A stretch of 64,000 bases of DNA from Octopus sinensis (GCF_006345805.1 NC_043001.1:91884001-91948000), one strand, 5' to 3'. Shown: positions 49,239-61,017, counted from the first letter of the stretch. The notes: generated by a model not told the origin, from the letters alone. Translations and numbers: made by a program.

Positions 49239-49963
49239 TCAGCAAGAATTTATTTGCGTAAGAGCTTGAAGATTTTTAGCTTATTACTATTCATAAACAA
49301 CAGTTATGTTGAGGTTGATGTTGTAGGCGTGTTTCTTAGTTACTACTGAATGAATGCCTTTGAAAAACCCCAAAATATAATGCATGTCCGGCGGGAAGGG
49401 AATGATTAAGTTACACGTTTGTGTGTGCGCGTGTGTGTATGTATGACGCCAGCGAGTGAAAGGTTACGCAGTGTGAGGGGTGGTATTATTTGCATGAGAT
49501 TGTGTGTATACAGAATACATGTACATGTGTGAGTGCGTGTGTGCGTGTATGCGTGTGTGTGTACATGTGCATTTGTATGTATGTGTGCATGTGTGTGTGA
49601 ATATTTGTGCGGCTGTATATTTCGTGTTGCATTAAAAAAAAACAATAAAAAATTCGTATCAACAATCTCCTTATCAGCTGTCCCTCCTCCGTGGTGTATA
49701 TTCCAGAGCTAAATTTAAATAGTCATTTGCACTTAAATATATAAGTCACGACTTTATTTATTTCTTTATCTGCTTATTTTTGTTCGACGACCGACAATGA
49801 GTGTGGTGTAGCCTAGTAGTTAGGGTGTAAAGCTCATGAGAATAGAGTCCGTGGGTTCGATTTCTGAGCCGGGCGGCACGTTGTTTCCTTGAGTAAGGCA
49901 CACAATTTCACACTGCTCCAGGCTAGTCAGCTGAAGACGAGAGTACCAACCTAGTGTTTTACC

Positions 49964-50380
49964 TATTTCTTTACTACCCACAAGGGGCTAAACACAGAAT
50001 AGACAAACAAGGACACACTAACGGATTAAGTCGATTATATCGACCCCCGTGCGTAACTGGTACTTAATTTATCGACCCCGAAAGGATGAAAGGCAAAGTC
50101 GACCTGGGTGGAATTTGAACTCAGAACGTAGCGGCAGACGAAATACCTATTTCTTTACTACCCACAAGGAGCTAAACACAGAGAGGACAAACAAGGACAG
50201 ACAAACGGATTAAGTCGATTATATCGATCCCAGTGCGTAACTGGTACCTATTTAATCGACCCCGAAAGGATGAAAGGTAAAGTCGACCTCGGCGGAATTT
50301 GAACTCAGAACGTAGCGGCAGACGAAATACCGCTAAGTATTTCGCCTGGCGTGCTAATGATTCTGCCAGCTCGCCGCCTT
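49964..50380 (-). mobile_element. SINE family A, head plus two full 184-bp units
   Basis: Perfect 15-bp TSD ACCTAGTGTTTTACC at 49949 and 50381. Confidence 0.9.
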
Positions 50381-50439
50381 ACCTAGTGTTTTACCGCTCT
50401 CTCTTTTCGTTGTCAGATCCTGGATGTTCCACTGGATTG

Positions 50440-51790
50440 GGAGGTAACAGAGAAAGAATTATGTCTGATGGAAACTACAGAGGCACCTAAAATAGTTATC
50501 GAAAGCATTGTCCATGTTTGCAAGTCATACGCGTTTGCAAGTGATTGGCTATGCTAAAATATGAATCGAAGACAACCGCAAACGAGGTATTCATCACTCT
50601 TTCTTGAGAATTGAAAGTTTTCTGATGTTCATTGCTGCCACATGTGAAGCACCCAAGCCTTCTGCCTTCTACCGCAACACTCATTTTGTCTCCTATCATA
50701 AAGTTAATATACTTGGGCAATGCTTGGGTACTGTCTGGAAACCTATAGATGTAACTACTGAAACACGGAAAATTGAAAATTTGTTTCTGTTACCACTCCG
50801 TGTTCCTCAAGTAGCATCTCTATGTACAGAAAGTCTATGTAAATGTGTGAGTGTGTGTTGTGGGGGTGAGATATCGTGGAGTGCGAATTTCGTTACATGT
50901 TTCGGAACTTTTCGGTTTGAACGGCAATTTTTCCTAGCGGTGTCATATGAAATTGTTACCCATAATTATGACCCTAGTATCGATCTATTGCATTTCAATC
51001 TGTTTTAGGATTAGGGTTAGGGGTGGGGGGAAGGGTATCTTTTTTTTTCTTCACAAATGTAAATAAACCCAATCTGTTTCTTAAACGAGGGACATATTCA
51101 TACGGCACAGAATGCTTTTTTTTTTACCTCAATAGACGTCAGTGATTGGTTGAAATTGCAGAAATTGAAGAAAAAAACCAACAAATATCTTACATACTAT
51201 AGAATTTTCTCAATAAAGCCAAGAGAAAAAGGTGTTTTATAAACACATTCTACCAGTATACGAAGTTTAAAATTTTTTAGCTACCTAGAAATTATGTTAA
51301 AAACTGCTGTTCAAACCGAAAAGATCCCACGTTTCCCTATGGCAGCAAGCGGCAATATTTGGAGGTGCATACAATTTCATATAATTTCGTAGCCCCTCAT
51401 CAATCGAACTTTTTGCCCCTGTCTACGGGTTTATATTCCTATCTAAACTTCTGTTAGGCACTTTTCTGTTTGTTTCAACGTAGGATTGTCCACTTCCTTG
51501 ATTCTACTCTTGATTTGTTTGTAGATAAATAAGCATCTCCGCTTTCGTTCATCTTCTTGTGGCAGAACCAAAATGCCGGCTGCGACATGATTACTTGTCT
51601 TCGTGTGAACTAGGGCAGCGCTGCAGCGTTTTTCAAAACAAGCATGCTTACTCCCATCAACAGCTCTGGCGAAAGAGGCTTCGCGTAACTGGCTTAGCAG
51701 TTTTGCCGTTTGCAATGATGGTGTTGTTGGTAGTAGTCGTAGATGCTTTTTGTTGCTCTTGTTAATACTCTGATGTTCAGTTCTCATTTT
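50440..51790 (-). pseudogene. Degraded L1/Tx1-type ORF1 relic, interrupted by a MITE
   Basis: VAVEGRRLGCFTCGSNEHQK knuckle, homologous to the 34330 element. RLLP...TKFALHDISP continues across the MITE insertion point. Confidence 0.55.
50904..51327. mobile_element. MITE with 28-bp TIRs starting GG and an 8-bp TSD (Merlin- or Mutator-like)
   Basis: GGAACTTTTCGGTTTGAACGGCAATTTT vs right-end reverse complement GGATCTTTTCGGTTTGAACAGCAGTTTT (25/28). TSD CATGTTTC / CACGTTTC. Confidence 0.8.
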
Positions 51791-52393
51791 AAGTTGTTGT
51801 TGTTGTTATTGTTACAGCCTCCGCTATTTATCATAGCCATAGTGATGTGAATACTGGAGGCGGTGAGAACGGTGGTGTCGCTGTTACCATCCATTTTTTT
51901 TCGCCATCCATTTTTTTCTGTTGTTGCTATAAATGCCATTATGTGACGGAGATGTTGGAGGAGGTTGCAATAGTGATGGTGCTTTCACTTACTGCATTTA
52001 TGATGGGGAGGAAAATGTCAAGATTGAAGTTGCATATAGTGCTGTTGTTCTTCCTTTGGTCTCTTGGCGAAAATTTCTTCGCCAGGAAAGCTACTCGTAG
52101 TTTTGGAGAAAAATCTATTTCACCATTCACTATTTCTGTTTTTAGAAAAATTAGGTTTGTTGCCAATGAATAAATAAATAAATAAAAATAAAAAATAAAT
52201 AAAGTAATAAAAAAAATATAAAAACTCCTCGAAGGACCAAAGCAATGTGGAATTAACCAGCTCAAGGATGCTGGTTAGTTTAACAGCAACATAACTAAAA
52301 AATTTTGGTTTGCAAGTTTCTTTTAGAACAGTATGTAAACCATGGAGTTACGAACGTTCTGGAAGCGTGTCATTTTTGTCGATACCTAAAACG

Positions 52394-52790
52394 CAGTGAG
52401 CTGGCAGGAACGTTAGCACGCCGAGCGAAACGCTTAACGGCATTTCGTCTGTCTTTAAGTTCTGAGTTCAAATTCCGCCGAGGTCGACTTTGTCTTTCAT
52501 CCTTTCGGGGTCGATTAAATAAATACCAGTTACGCACTGGGGTTATGTAATCAACTTAATCCGTGTGTCTGTCCTTGTTTTTCCCTTCTGTGTTTAGCTA
52601 CTTGTGGGTAGTAAAGAAATAGTCATTTCGTCTGTCTTTATGCTCTGAGTTGAGTTCAAATTCTGCCGAGGTCGACTTTGCCTTTCATCCTTTTGGGGTC
52701 GATAAATTAAGTACCAGTTGCATACTGGGGCCGATCCAATCGACTGGGCCCCTCTCCTAACATTTTGGGCTTTGTGCCAAGAGTAGAAAA
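52394..52790 (+). mobile_element. SINE family A, dimeric form
   Basis: Same architecture as 3683 and 46934 (period about 183). Confidence 0.8.
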
Positions 52791-53882
52791 AGAAATTGTC
52801 GATGCCAAAACAACAACAATTATGATGATGATGATAATATCTATGATAATATTCGGAGAACTGATAAAGCTTTAAATGCTAATTAGTTGTTTCGTTATGT
52901 GCTGTTAATACTCACTGGGCGTAACCTAATGGCAGATAACATATTCTAATCTATTGATATCTTCTTTTCTTTTTCAAAACTCATTTGATGTAAGCTCTGT
53001 TATACAAAAAAGAACATTTTAATGAGTATTCACTACCGAGAATTGGTCTCAAATTTTGGCACAAGGCCAGCAATTTCAGGGAAGGGAATAAGTCGATTAT
53101 ATTGACCTCAGTGCTCAGCTGGTACTTATTGACTCCGAAAGTGTGAAAGGTAAAGTTGACCTCGGCGGAATTTGAACTCAGAACATAAAGACAGCTGCAT
53201 TTTGCCTGGCTTGCAGTCGATTCTGCCAGTTAGCCGCCTTACCGAGAACTTAATATTGGTTTCAGTATAAACACAAGGTCAGAAAATTGGAGTGAAAAAT
53301 GTAGTCGATGAAATCAGCATCAGTACTTTATCACTGGTTCCTCATTTTTTTCCACCATGGAAGAACGAAAAACAAAATTGGCCTTGGTAGGATTTGAACT
53401 CGTAATATAAAGAACTGTAACTAAGAATTTTGTACAATCTGAAGACGCTCTAGCGATTCGGGAAATCTATGAATATGCTGAAAAGAAAACGTGTGAGTGG
53501 CAGAAATGACAAATTATTCGTCACGTTACAAGACTGAGTTCGGATCTCTCTGGAGTTTCTACTTTCTATTTCATATTTCTTTCTTCCACAGCTGATGTCA
53601 ATTTCTAAGTGTATATTGGGACACACTCGGTTGATTAATCCACTTAAAAAATTCATAGGCGCAGGAGTGGCTGTGTGGTAAGTAACTTGCTTACCAACCA
53701 CATCGTATCGTTTCGCAGCCATTATCATTAAAAAATAATTTATTTTAGTGTATAATAAATCATTTTACATGTCTGCACTAGTATGTATGCAATAAATTGC
53801 ATAGCACTATTGTACATTTTACAAACTAATGCAGGTATAAAAGACTAGTACTTCTGATCAATAAAAGATCATGGTTACATCA

Positions 53883-53919
<37 letters not shown>

Positions 53920-54130
53920 ATATATATATAGATAGATAGATATATAGATAGATATATATAGATATATATACGGGTGTGTGTGATTGTGTATAGAAGAATA
54001 TATTAATAAAAGGAATTCCAACCTTGTCTGATTTTCACGTTTTATTTACAATCTTATAATGATATAATATAAGATAATATAATAGAATAGAATAAAATAA
54101 AATAGTAGAATGTTAAATGTTCATTCTGAT

Positions 54131-54175
54131 TGAACTAGTACTTTCATGCATTAAATTATGCAATCTTCAGGTTCA
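54131..54175 (-). ncRNA. Minimal type I hammerhead ribozyme in PLE pLTR
   Basis: Minus strand: TGAAC CTGAAGA t TGCAT aattta ATGCA t GAA A GTAC T A / GTTCA. 5-bp stem I, palindromic AGTACT stem III, predicted cut between 54136 and 54135. Confidence 0.8.
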
Positions 54176-54638
54176 TGTAGTAGTGGTGACAGTCATGCTT
54201 CACAATTTTTGACTGTAGCGAGATGGTTAAATCTGTGCCTTAAATACACTGTGTGGACTCCAGATTGCTAGGTTTTGCTAACTGTATTCTGACCAATCAG
54301 TGTGTAAATTACTTAAGCTGATTGGTTGGTTTAGGCGTCACGCTTTGTTGAACATGTCAAGAGTCCTGTATCTTAACCCTGGCCGAGGCAGCAATTGTTG
54401 GGCTATTTTTAGAAATGTTGTAAATAGCCTTTGTCAGGGATTTTTATATTTCAATTGTCATCATCATCATTGTTAGCACCTTAATTATTGTTGCTAGTGG
54501 TGATGGTGGTGGCAATAGAACTTTTAACCCTAAATAAGATAATTTTCCTGCTATCTTCATCTTGATCACCTTTAGTATTGTTGTTGTTGTTAGTGGTCAT
54601 GGTCGTAGCAGTAGAAGTAGTATCTCTAAGTATTATTA

Positions 54639-55703
54639 TTATTGCTTATTTAGCTTGGGTTCGAATTTATCAATAAAATTCTTTTCTCTGATTTTCCTCT
54701 CGATTTCACTTGGGCTGTGTAATTTGTAGAATGGAAATATTATATATATTTTCCGACCACATGTTGCTAGGTGGTTACTCAAAGATATCTGACGGATCTC
54801 TGGGTCTCTAATCTGTTGTCGGTGTACACGTGAGCGTTCTGATAGTGCATTTCCCGTCTGACCTACATATATTTCTTCACAATTTGGGCATTTGATGCAG
54901 TAAATTAAATTTCTGCTTTTGCAGTTCATATTCGCGTTTGTGAATATTTTCCCGGTTTTTGTGTTTATATATTGGCCGGTATGTATGAATTGGCATGTGC
55001 CACATCGACTATCATTGCATTTAGATACAGTGAATGTTTGGTCATTGTTGCTAAGGTCAAATTTTGCCTTTGTTAGTAATTTTTTCAAGTTTTTAGGCTG
55101 TCTTTTACTAAGAACCATAGCTCGATCCGTGATTATATCTTTTAATTCATTATTTTGAGCAATGATTGGTAGGTTTGCTTTGGCAATGTTGAAGATATTC
55201 TGGTGACATGGGTTGTGTGTCACTATGAATGGTATGACCTGTTCTTGTTTTCCTCTTCCTTGGGTTGTCCTAAGTTGTATGGGTATTTTTATAGCCCGCT
55301 GTATGCCATTTTCTATAAGTAGAGATGGGTATTTTTGTTTGAGCAAAAATTCTCTTAGTTCTGTTAGGCGTTTGTTCCTGATATTTGCATCTTCTACAAT
55401 GGTACAAATTCTTCTGGCTAGGCAGTATGGGATGTTGCGTTTTGTATGTGGTGGATGGCACGACTTAAAATTTAGGTATTGATGTGTGTTTGTGTGCTTA
55501 TAGTATATATCTGTGGTGATGGTGGTGTCTTTTTTAATTACCATTATATCTAGGAATGGTAATTTGGTACTACTCATCTCCTTTGTAAATTGGAGAGATG
55601 AGTGTAGGTTGTTCAGGAGGATATTGAACTCTTCCAGAGTATTTAGAGATTCTGTCCAGATTATGAAGCAGTCGTCAAGGTATCTCTTCCATGCCTTTTC
55701 AAT
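54639..55703 (-). CDS. PLE polyprotein fragment: RT C-terminus (RYLDD, LPFLD, IYYK.T....YL....HP) plus GIY-YIG endonuclease
   Basis: The frame extends 42 codons upstream of the listed ATG (IEKAWKRYLDDCFIIW...). NLIYCIKCPNCEEIYVGQTG...R and EKNFI..FEPKLN are GIY-YIG motifs. No stops over 355 codons. Confidence 0.9.
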   Translation of the reverse strand: MEKAWKRYLDDCFIIWTESLNTLEEFNILLNNLHSSLQFTKEMSSTKLPFLDIMVIKKDTTITTDIYYKHTNTHQYLNFKSCHPPHTKRNIPYCLARRICTIVEDANIRNKRLTELREFLLKQKYPSLLIENGIQRAIKIPIQLRTTQGRGKQEQVIPFIVTHNPCHQNIFNIAKANLPIIAQNNELKDIITDRAMVLSKRQPKNLKKLLTKAKFDLSNNDQTFTVSKCNDSRCGTCQFIHTGQYINTKTGKIFTNANMNCKSRNLIYCIKCPNCEEIYVGQTGNALSERSRVHRQQIRDPEIRQISLSNHLATCGRKIYIIFPFYKLHSPSEIERKIREKNFIDKFEPKLNKQ

Positions 55704-56331
55704 ATATATATATATATATATACGATGGGCTTCTTTCAGTTTCTGTCAACCAAATCCACTTGCAAAGCCTTAGTCAGTCTCAGGCAATAGTAGAAACACT
55801 CGACGAAGTTGCCACGCAGTGGTACTCAATCCGAAACTATACCGTTGGGAAGCAAGCTTCTCACCACACAGCTACATCTGCACCCTTATCATCTTTCTTT
55901 TTTTTTCCAGACACCAGAAAACATACCTAAGATTATACCACATTATCCAACGTGGTACTATCCTTACCTTTTTTTAAGACGGTGTATGGCATGAAAGATT
56001 TCGTTGCTATTCCAAGCAATAGCGAACTTAACGGCCGCGTAGGGAATGGTTCATCCCAGATGGCATATTTGTGTCTGCTGTATAAGCTTAGATAGAGTTC
56101 ACGAGGGACGCGGGGAAGAAGGACAAATTCTTGGACTTCCCCGGGCGGCAAGCAGATCAAATGATTACGTAGATATATTTCGCTGACTCATTAGTACATG
56201 TGCCATGTTTACATATGATCATTGCGTATGCTATCAAATCTTAAAATTCGTAAAAGAAATTAATCCATTACGAATGTCTACCGACTGCGGACTAGCAAGA
56301 AAGATAATTATTATAACATTTATTAAGGTGG

Positions 56332-56403
56332 AACACGGTGGCGAGCTGGCAAACACGGTGGCGAGCTGGCAAACACGGTAGCGAGCTGGCAAACACGGTA
56401 GCG
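56332..56403 (+). repeat. 20-bp minisatellite (AACACGGT(G/A)GCGAGCTGGCA x3.5) derived from the SINE-A head
   Basis: Read directly; continues into a degenerate SINE-A body. Confidence 0.85.
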
Positions 56404-56839
56404 CATCGGGTAACATGCTTCATGGTATTCTTTCCGATTCTTTGTTTAACATTCTGAGTTAAAATTCCGCTGTAGTGGACCTTGCTTTTCATTCTTTCTG
56501 GGTGAAAAAAATAAAGTACCTGTTAAGTGCCGGTCACTATAAACGACTACCCCTCCCTCATAAAATTTCAAGCCTCGTGTCTATATTAGAAAGGATTAAG
56601 ATAGAATAAGGCAACAAGCTGGCAGAATCGTTAGCGTATCTTATTGATGTTTTGCTCAGCATTTTACATTCTGAGCTCAAATCGCATCGAAGTTAATTTA
56701 GCTTTTCATACTTTCAAAAAGAATAAAATAAATACCAGTTACGTACTGTAGTTGATATAATCGACTCGCCCATAACCTAAAATTGCTAACCTTTCACTAA
56801 TTTTTGAAGCCATTAATGCTTTTCTAACTTTGGCACATA

Positions 56840-56986
56840 GGCACAGGCGTGGCTGTATGGTAAGAAGCTTGCTTCCGAGTTCAGTTCCACTGCGTGCTAC
56901 TTTGGGCAAGTGTCTTCTATTATAGTTTCGGGCCGATCAAAGCCTTTTGAGTGGATTAGGAAGGTGGAAACTGAAAGAAGCTCACT

Positions 56987-57035
<49 letters not shown>

Positions 57036-57326
57036 ATATGTAGGTCCCGGGTTGATTCGGGGTTAACCACAGTAAATAAGGTACTCAATACATAGCAGAG
57101 TAAAATTAATTTATTATATAGAAGGAGCTTCCTGATGATTTCTCTTGAATGAAACAGTTCTAGTCCTGTAGAAGCTCCTTCTATATAATAAATATATATA
57201 TATATATACATGAATAATAAGAAAATGAAGATATTGAAGTTAAGAGTTTATTATATGCAAAAAATCTATCATTATCTCTTACAGTGATACCATCCCTTCA
57301 AGAGGCTATTTGAATTTTATATACAC

Positions 57327-57390
<64 letters not shown>

Positions 57391-57625
57391 GTATTATGTA
57401 CGTATGTATGAGTGTTTGTGTTTGTACCCCACTACTGCTTGACAACCGGCGTTGGTGTGTTTACATTTCCATAACTTAGTGATACGGCAGAAGAGACCGA
57501 TAGAATAAAGTACCAGGCTTACCAACAAATTAAGTACTTGGGTTGATTCATTCAACTAAAACTCTAGAAGGCGGTGCCCCAGCACGGCCACGGTCTAATG
57601 ACTGAAACAAGTGAAAAACAAAAGA
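56840..57625 (+). mobile_element. SINE family B split by a PLE pLTR insertion in its TA tract
   Basis: Head 56840-56990, tail about 57410-57625. Confidence 0.7.
57109..57193 (+). ncRNA. Type I hammerhead ribozyme with canonical CUGAUGA core, inside an inverted PLE-pLTR insertion (57040-57193)
   Basis: GAGCTTC CTGATGA t TTC tctt GAA t GAA ACAG ttctagtc CTGT A / GAAGCTC. Stem I is a perfect 23-bp duplex (57109-57131 with 57171-57193); GUA cleavage triplet. Confidence 0.85.
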
Positions 57626-58159
57626 TAAGGCCAGTAATTTACATCGAAAACAATACTTGATTGGGACTTTATTTTACCGATGCCTGAAGGATGAAAAGCA
57701 AAGACGCCCTAGGGAGGGAATCTAAATTCAGAACGTAAATCCGGAAAAAATGCCACTAAGCATTTTGTCCGGTGTTCTAACGATTGTGCCACATCGCTGC
57801 CGTAATAATATTTTCTATCATATACACAAGGTAAGAAATTTTGTGGCAAGGAATAATCGATTATATCGACCCCAGTGCTTAGCTGATATATATTTCATCG
57901 GTCGCTATAGTATAAAAGGCAAAATCAATCTCAGCGGAGCTTGAACTCAGAATGAACATAAAGGCGAACAAAATGTCGCTAAGTATATCGTCCGGCATGC
58001 TTAAAGATTGTACCAGCTCGCCGTCTTATTTGAAACTATTAAGGAAGATAGACTATTTGCTGATAAAGCCAATTAACAAACACCGAATACATTGAAGAAT
58101 AATTACATATAACTTACAAATAAGGAGAGTTTCTCGCTGATCCACTGAGCCTGAGAGCC

Positions 58160-58610
58160 AAGCATGGTTCTTGGTCTCAAGCATTTGTCTTATGAAGAAA
58201 GGCTGAAGACGGCGACCTTTATTCTCTAGAAAAACGACGACGCCGTGGTGATCTCATTCTTGCTCACAACATCATAAGCGGAAAGTGTAACCTCTCGAAA
58301 GAGCTGTTCTTCACTCCTGCTCCAGAGCGCCGGCTGCGGGGTCACTCTGAAAAGCTCTATCTGCGACGATTTCATCTCAATCGAAGGAGAGGGGCTTTCT
58401 CCGTCCGGGTTGCGGATCCGTGGAATAAGCTGCCGGACGAGATAGTGAAGATGCCGACGACCGCTCGGTTCAAAGTCTCTCTTGACCAGAAATGGCCTGA
58501 ACTCTTTGCATGAACACCACTCTGAACATAACTCTATGTCCTCTTACATGGCCTGGCTTTTTGCGTTTTGAGCCCAAAAATTAACTTAATTTAACTTAAC
58601 TTAACTTAAC
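58160..58610 (+). mobile_element. CR1 LINE 3' end
   Basis: LKHLSYEERL..YSLEKRRRRGDLI..RGHSEKL..AFSVRVADPWNKLP..FKVSLD, with a (CTTAA)n tail. Confidence 0.9.
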
Positions 58611-58958
58611 ATCGCTAAAGGAATTCAACTATTAATCTACAAACACATTTCTTTATCCTCATTTAAGTCTCGAAATATTTATATTACAAGCAGTTCTTTA
58701 AGTAACCTTATTAAGGTCAACAAAAAGAAGTAAAACGGTTTATTTTTCCTGTTCTTTAGTCATTGTTGATTAAAGATCGGGCAAGCGTTTTTTCTTGTGG
58801 ATCGCTTTCAGTCTGCTTTGCCATCTGTTGCATAAAATGCTATGAGATAAGCATCCACAGTACCAATTGACGTCATAGTAATATCTACCTACTTATTTAT
58901 CCACCCACCTATCTGTCTGTCTGTCTGACTGTCATTGTGTGTGTGCGCGTGTGTACAC

Positions 58959-59014
<56 letters not shown>

Positions 59015-59016
<2 letters not shown>

Positions 59017-59315
59017 AGGCGCAATGGCCCAGTGGTTAGGGCAGCGGACTCGCGGTTGTAGAATCGAAGTTTCGATTCCAGACTGGGCGTTGTGAGTATT
59101 TATTGAGCGAAAACAACTAAAGCTCCACGATCTCCGGCAGGTGGTGACGATCCCTGCTGTACTCTTTCGCCACAACTTTCTCTCACTCTTTCTTCTGTTG
59201 GCCTGCTCGCTTAACCAGCAAGGTGGCGTCATTTGAAGGCTAAAACAATGCGAAACGCATTGTGACCAGCGATGTGTAGCAACATCTGATAGCCTCGTCG
59301 ATCACAGTAATCACG

Positions 59316-59318
<3 letters not shown>
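59015..59318 (+). mobile_element. tRNA-headed SINE sharing head and middle with 41007 but with a different tail
   Basis: GGAGGCGCAATGGCCCAGTGGTTAGGGCAGCGGACTCGCGG...CTCTTTCGCCACAACTTTCTCTCACTCTTTC, then an unrelated 3' part; (TA)n on both sides. Confidence 0.75.
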
Positions 59319-59353
<35 letters not shown>

Positions 59354-59415
59354 ACAGACATACACACACTTTTACGCACACACACTCACTCTCTCTCTCT
59401 ATATATATATATCTA

Positions 59416-59619
59416 CAGGGTGGCTCAAAAGTAGGTTTACAGTTATTCAACTCTCTCTTTCGCATTCATGTATTAACAGTTTAGATCTTAATTATAAAAA
59501 AATATGAACCCATTATTCTATGCTAATTTAGGTAATTCTATCAAGCTCCTTTATCAATTTGTGAGATAGAAATTTAAAGTGCCTACGTGATAACTGTAAA
59601 CCTACTTTTGGCCACCCTG
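59416..59619. mobile_element. Tc1/mariner-type MITE (204 bp)
   Basis: TIR CAGGGTGGC(T)CAAAAGTAGGTTTACAGTTAT at both ends; TA at 59414-15 and 59620-21. Confidence 0.85.
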
Positions 59620-59657
59620 TATACACACACACACACCACACACACACTCACATATAT

Positions 59658-59732
<75 letters not shown>

Positions 59733-59747
59733 CATATATATGTACGT

Positions 59748-59798
<51 letters not shown>

Positions 59799-60511
59799 TA
59801 TGTACGTACACACACACACCACACACACATATATATATATATATATATAATATATATATATATGTACATATATACATATGTGTGTTTTTCTTCTGTAGCG
59901 AGTAAATAATATGTGGAAATTGACGATTTAAAAGTCTGTTAGCGTATTGGCATTGAAATAATTTTCTTTAGCTCTCATTTATAAGTTTATAATTTTAACC
60001 GTAAAGGTATTTTAATATGCTGCCACATTTTTTGATGGAATTTTTTTCTGTAAAAAAACTTCATCCTATATTAGTAGTAGTAGTAGTAGTAGTATATATA
60101 TATATATATATGCATATAAATTTATATAAATAAGGATAAGATCGTTAATTTAAAATAAAATAATGATTTTATCAAGTGGCCAGCATGGAAAAAATAACCT
60201 TCAAAGGTAATAATTATTAAAATTATAAATTAGGGTATCTACGAGATCCCACCATGCTGAAAATAGCAGCCATGATCTGACTCTAAAACCACCTTAAGTG
60301 TCCATATCTCAAACACGGAGAGAAAGCAAAGAGACAAGATGAAGCTAGTAAAAAAATTACTGGATAATTCTAGATCCCGGATTTCTGACTTTGCATTTAG
60401 GAATGCTTTGCCTTGTCGGTAGAATACACACAGAAAAGAAACATAAATACATATATATATAAATACAACATACGAATACTTACATACACGAACGTATACA
60501 TACATATATAT

Positions 60512-60706
60512 GCACGTATGCATCATGGCCAGTTCAAAATGCCCGCCGTTTAATTCCATGTGAGGTATGGTTAAAATATCACCGCAGTAAATACAGTGAC
60601 GAAATAAATTTAAATTTATATAAATAAGGAGAAGATCGTTAAATTAACCTTATCTCACATGGAATTAAACGGCGGCCATTTTGAACTGGCCATGATGCAT
60701 ACGTGC
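60512..60706. mobile_element. MITE / foldback with 63-bp TIRs
   Basis: 60512-60574 and 60644-60706 are reverse complements with 3 mismatches. Confidence 0.7.
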
Positions 60707-60853
60707 CCTTCAACAAAATTCGGAAAATAAGATGTAAAACAACAAATCTAAAGAAAACTCCACAGATCTTCGAACATGCGACCGACGGCTTCAGACACAA
60801 ACAACAACAACAACAACAACAATGATAATACTACTACTAATAATAATAATAAT

Positions 60854-60973
60854 CCTTTCTACATTAGGCACAAGGCCTGAAATTTTGGGGGAGAGGGTAA
60901 GTCGATCACATCGACCACAGAACTCGGTTACTTAATTTATCGACCCCGAAAGGACGAAAGGCAGCTCGTCGCC

Positions 60974-61017
<44 letters not shown>

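Larger units (their letters stand above)
53971..55703 (-). mobile_element. Penelope-like element (PLE), 5'-truncated, with 3' pLTR
   Basis: RT/GIY-YIG ORF followed by a pLTR with CCAAT boxes, a TATA-like GTATTTAAGG and a hammerhead. Bounded by (TA)n on both sides. Confidence 0.9.
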
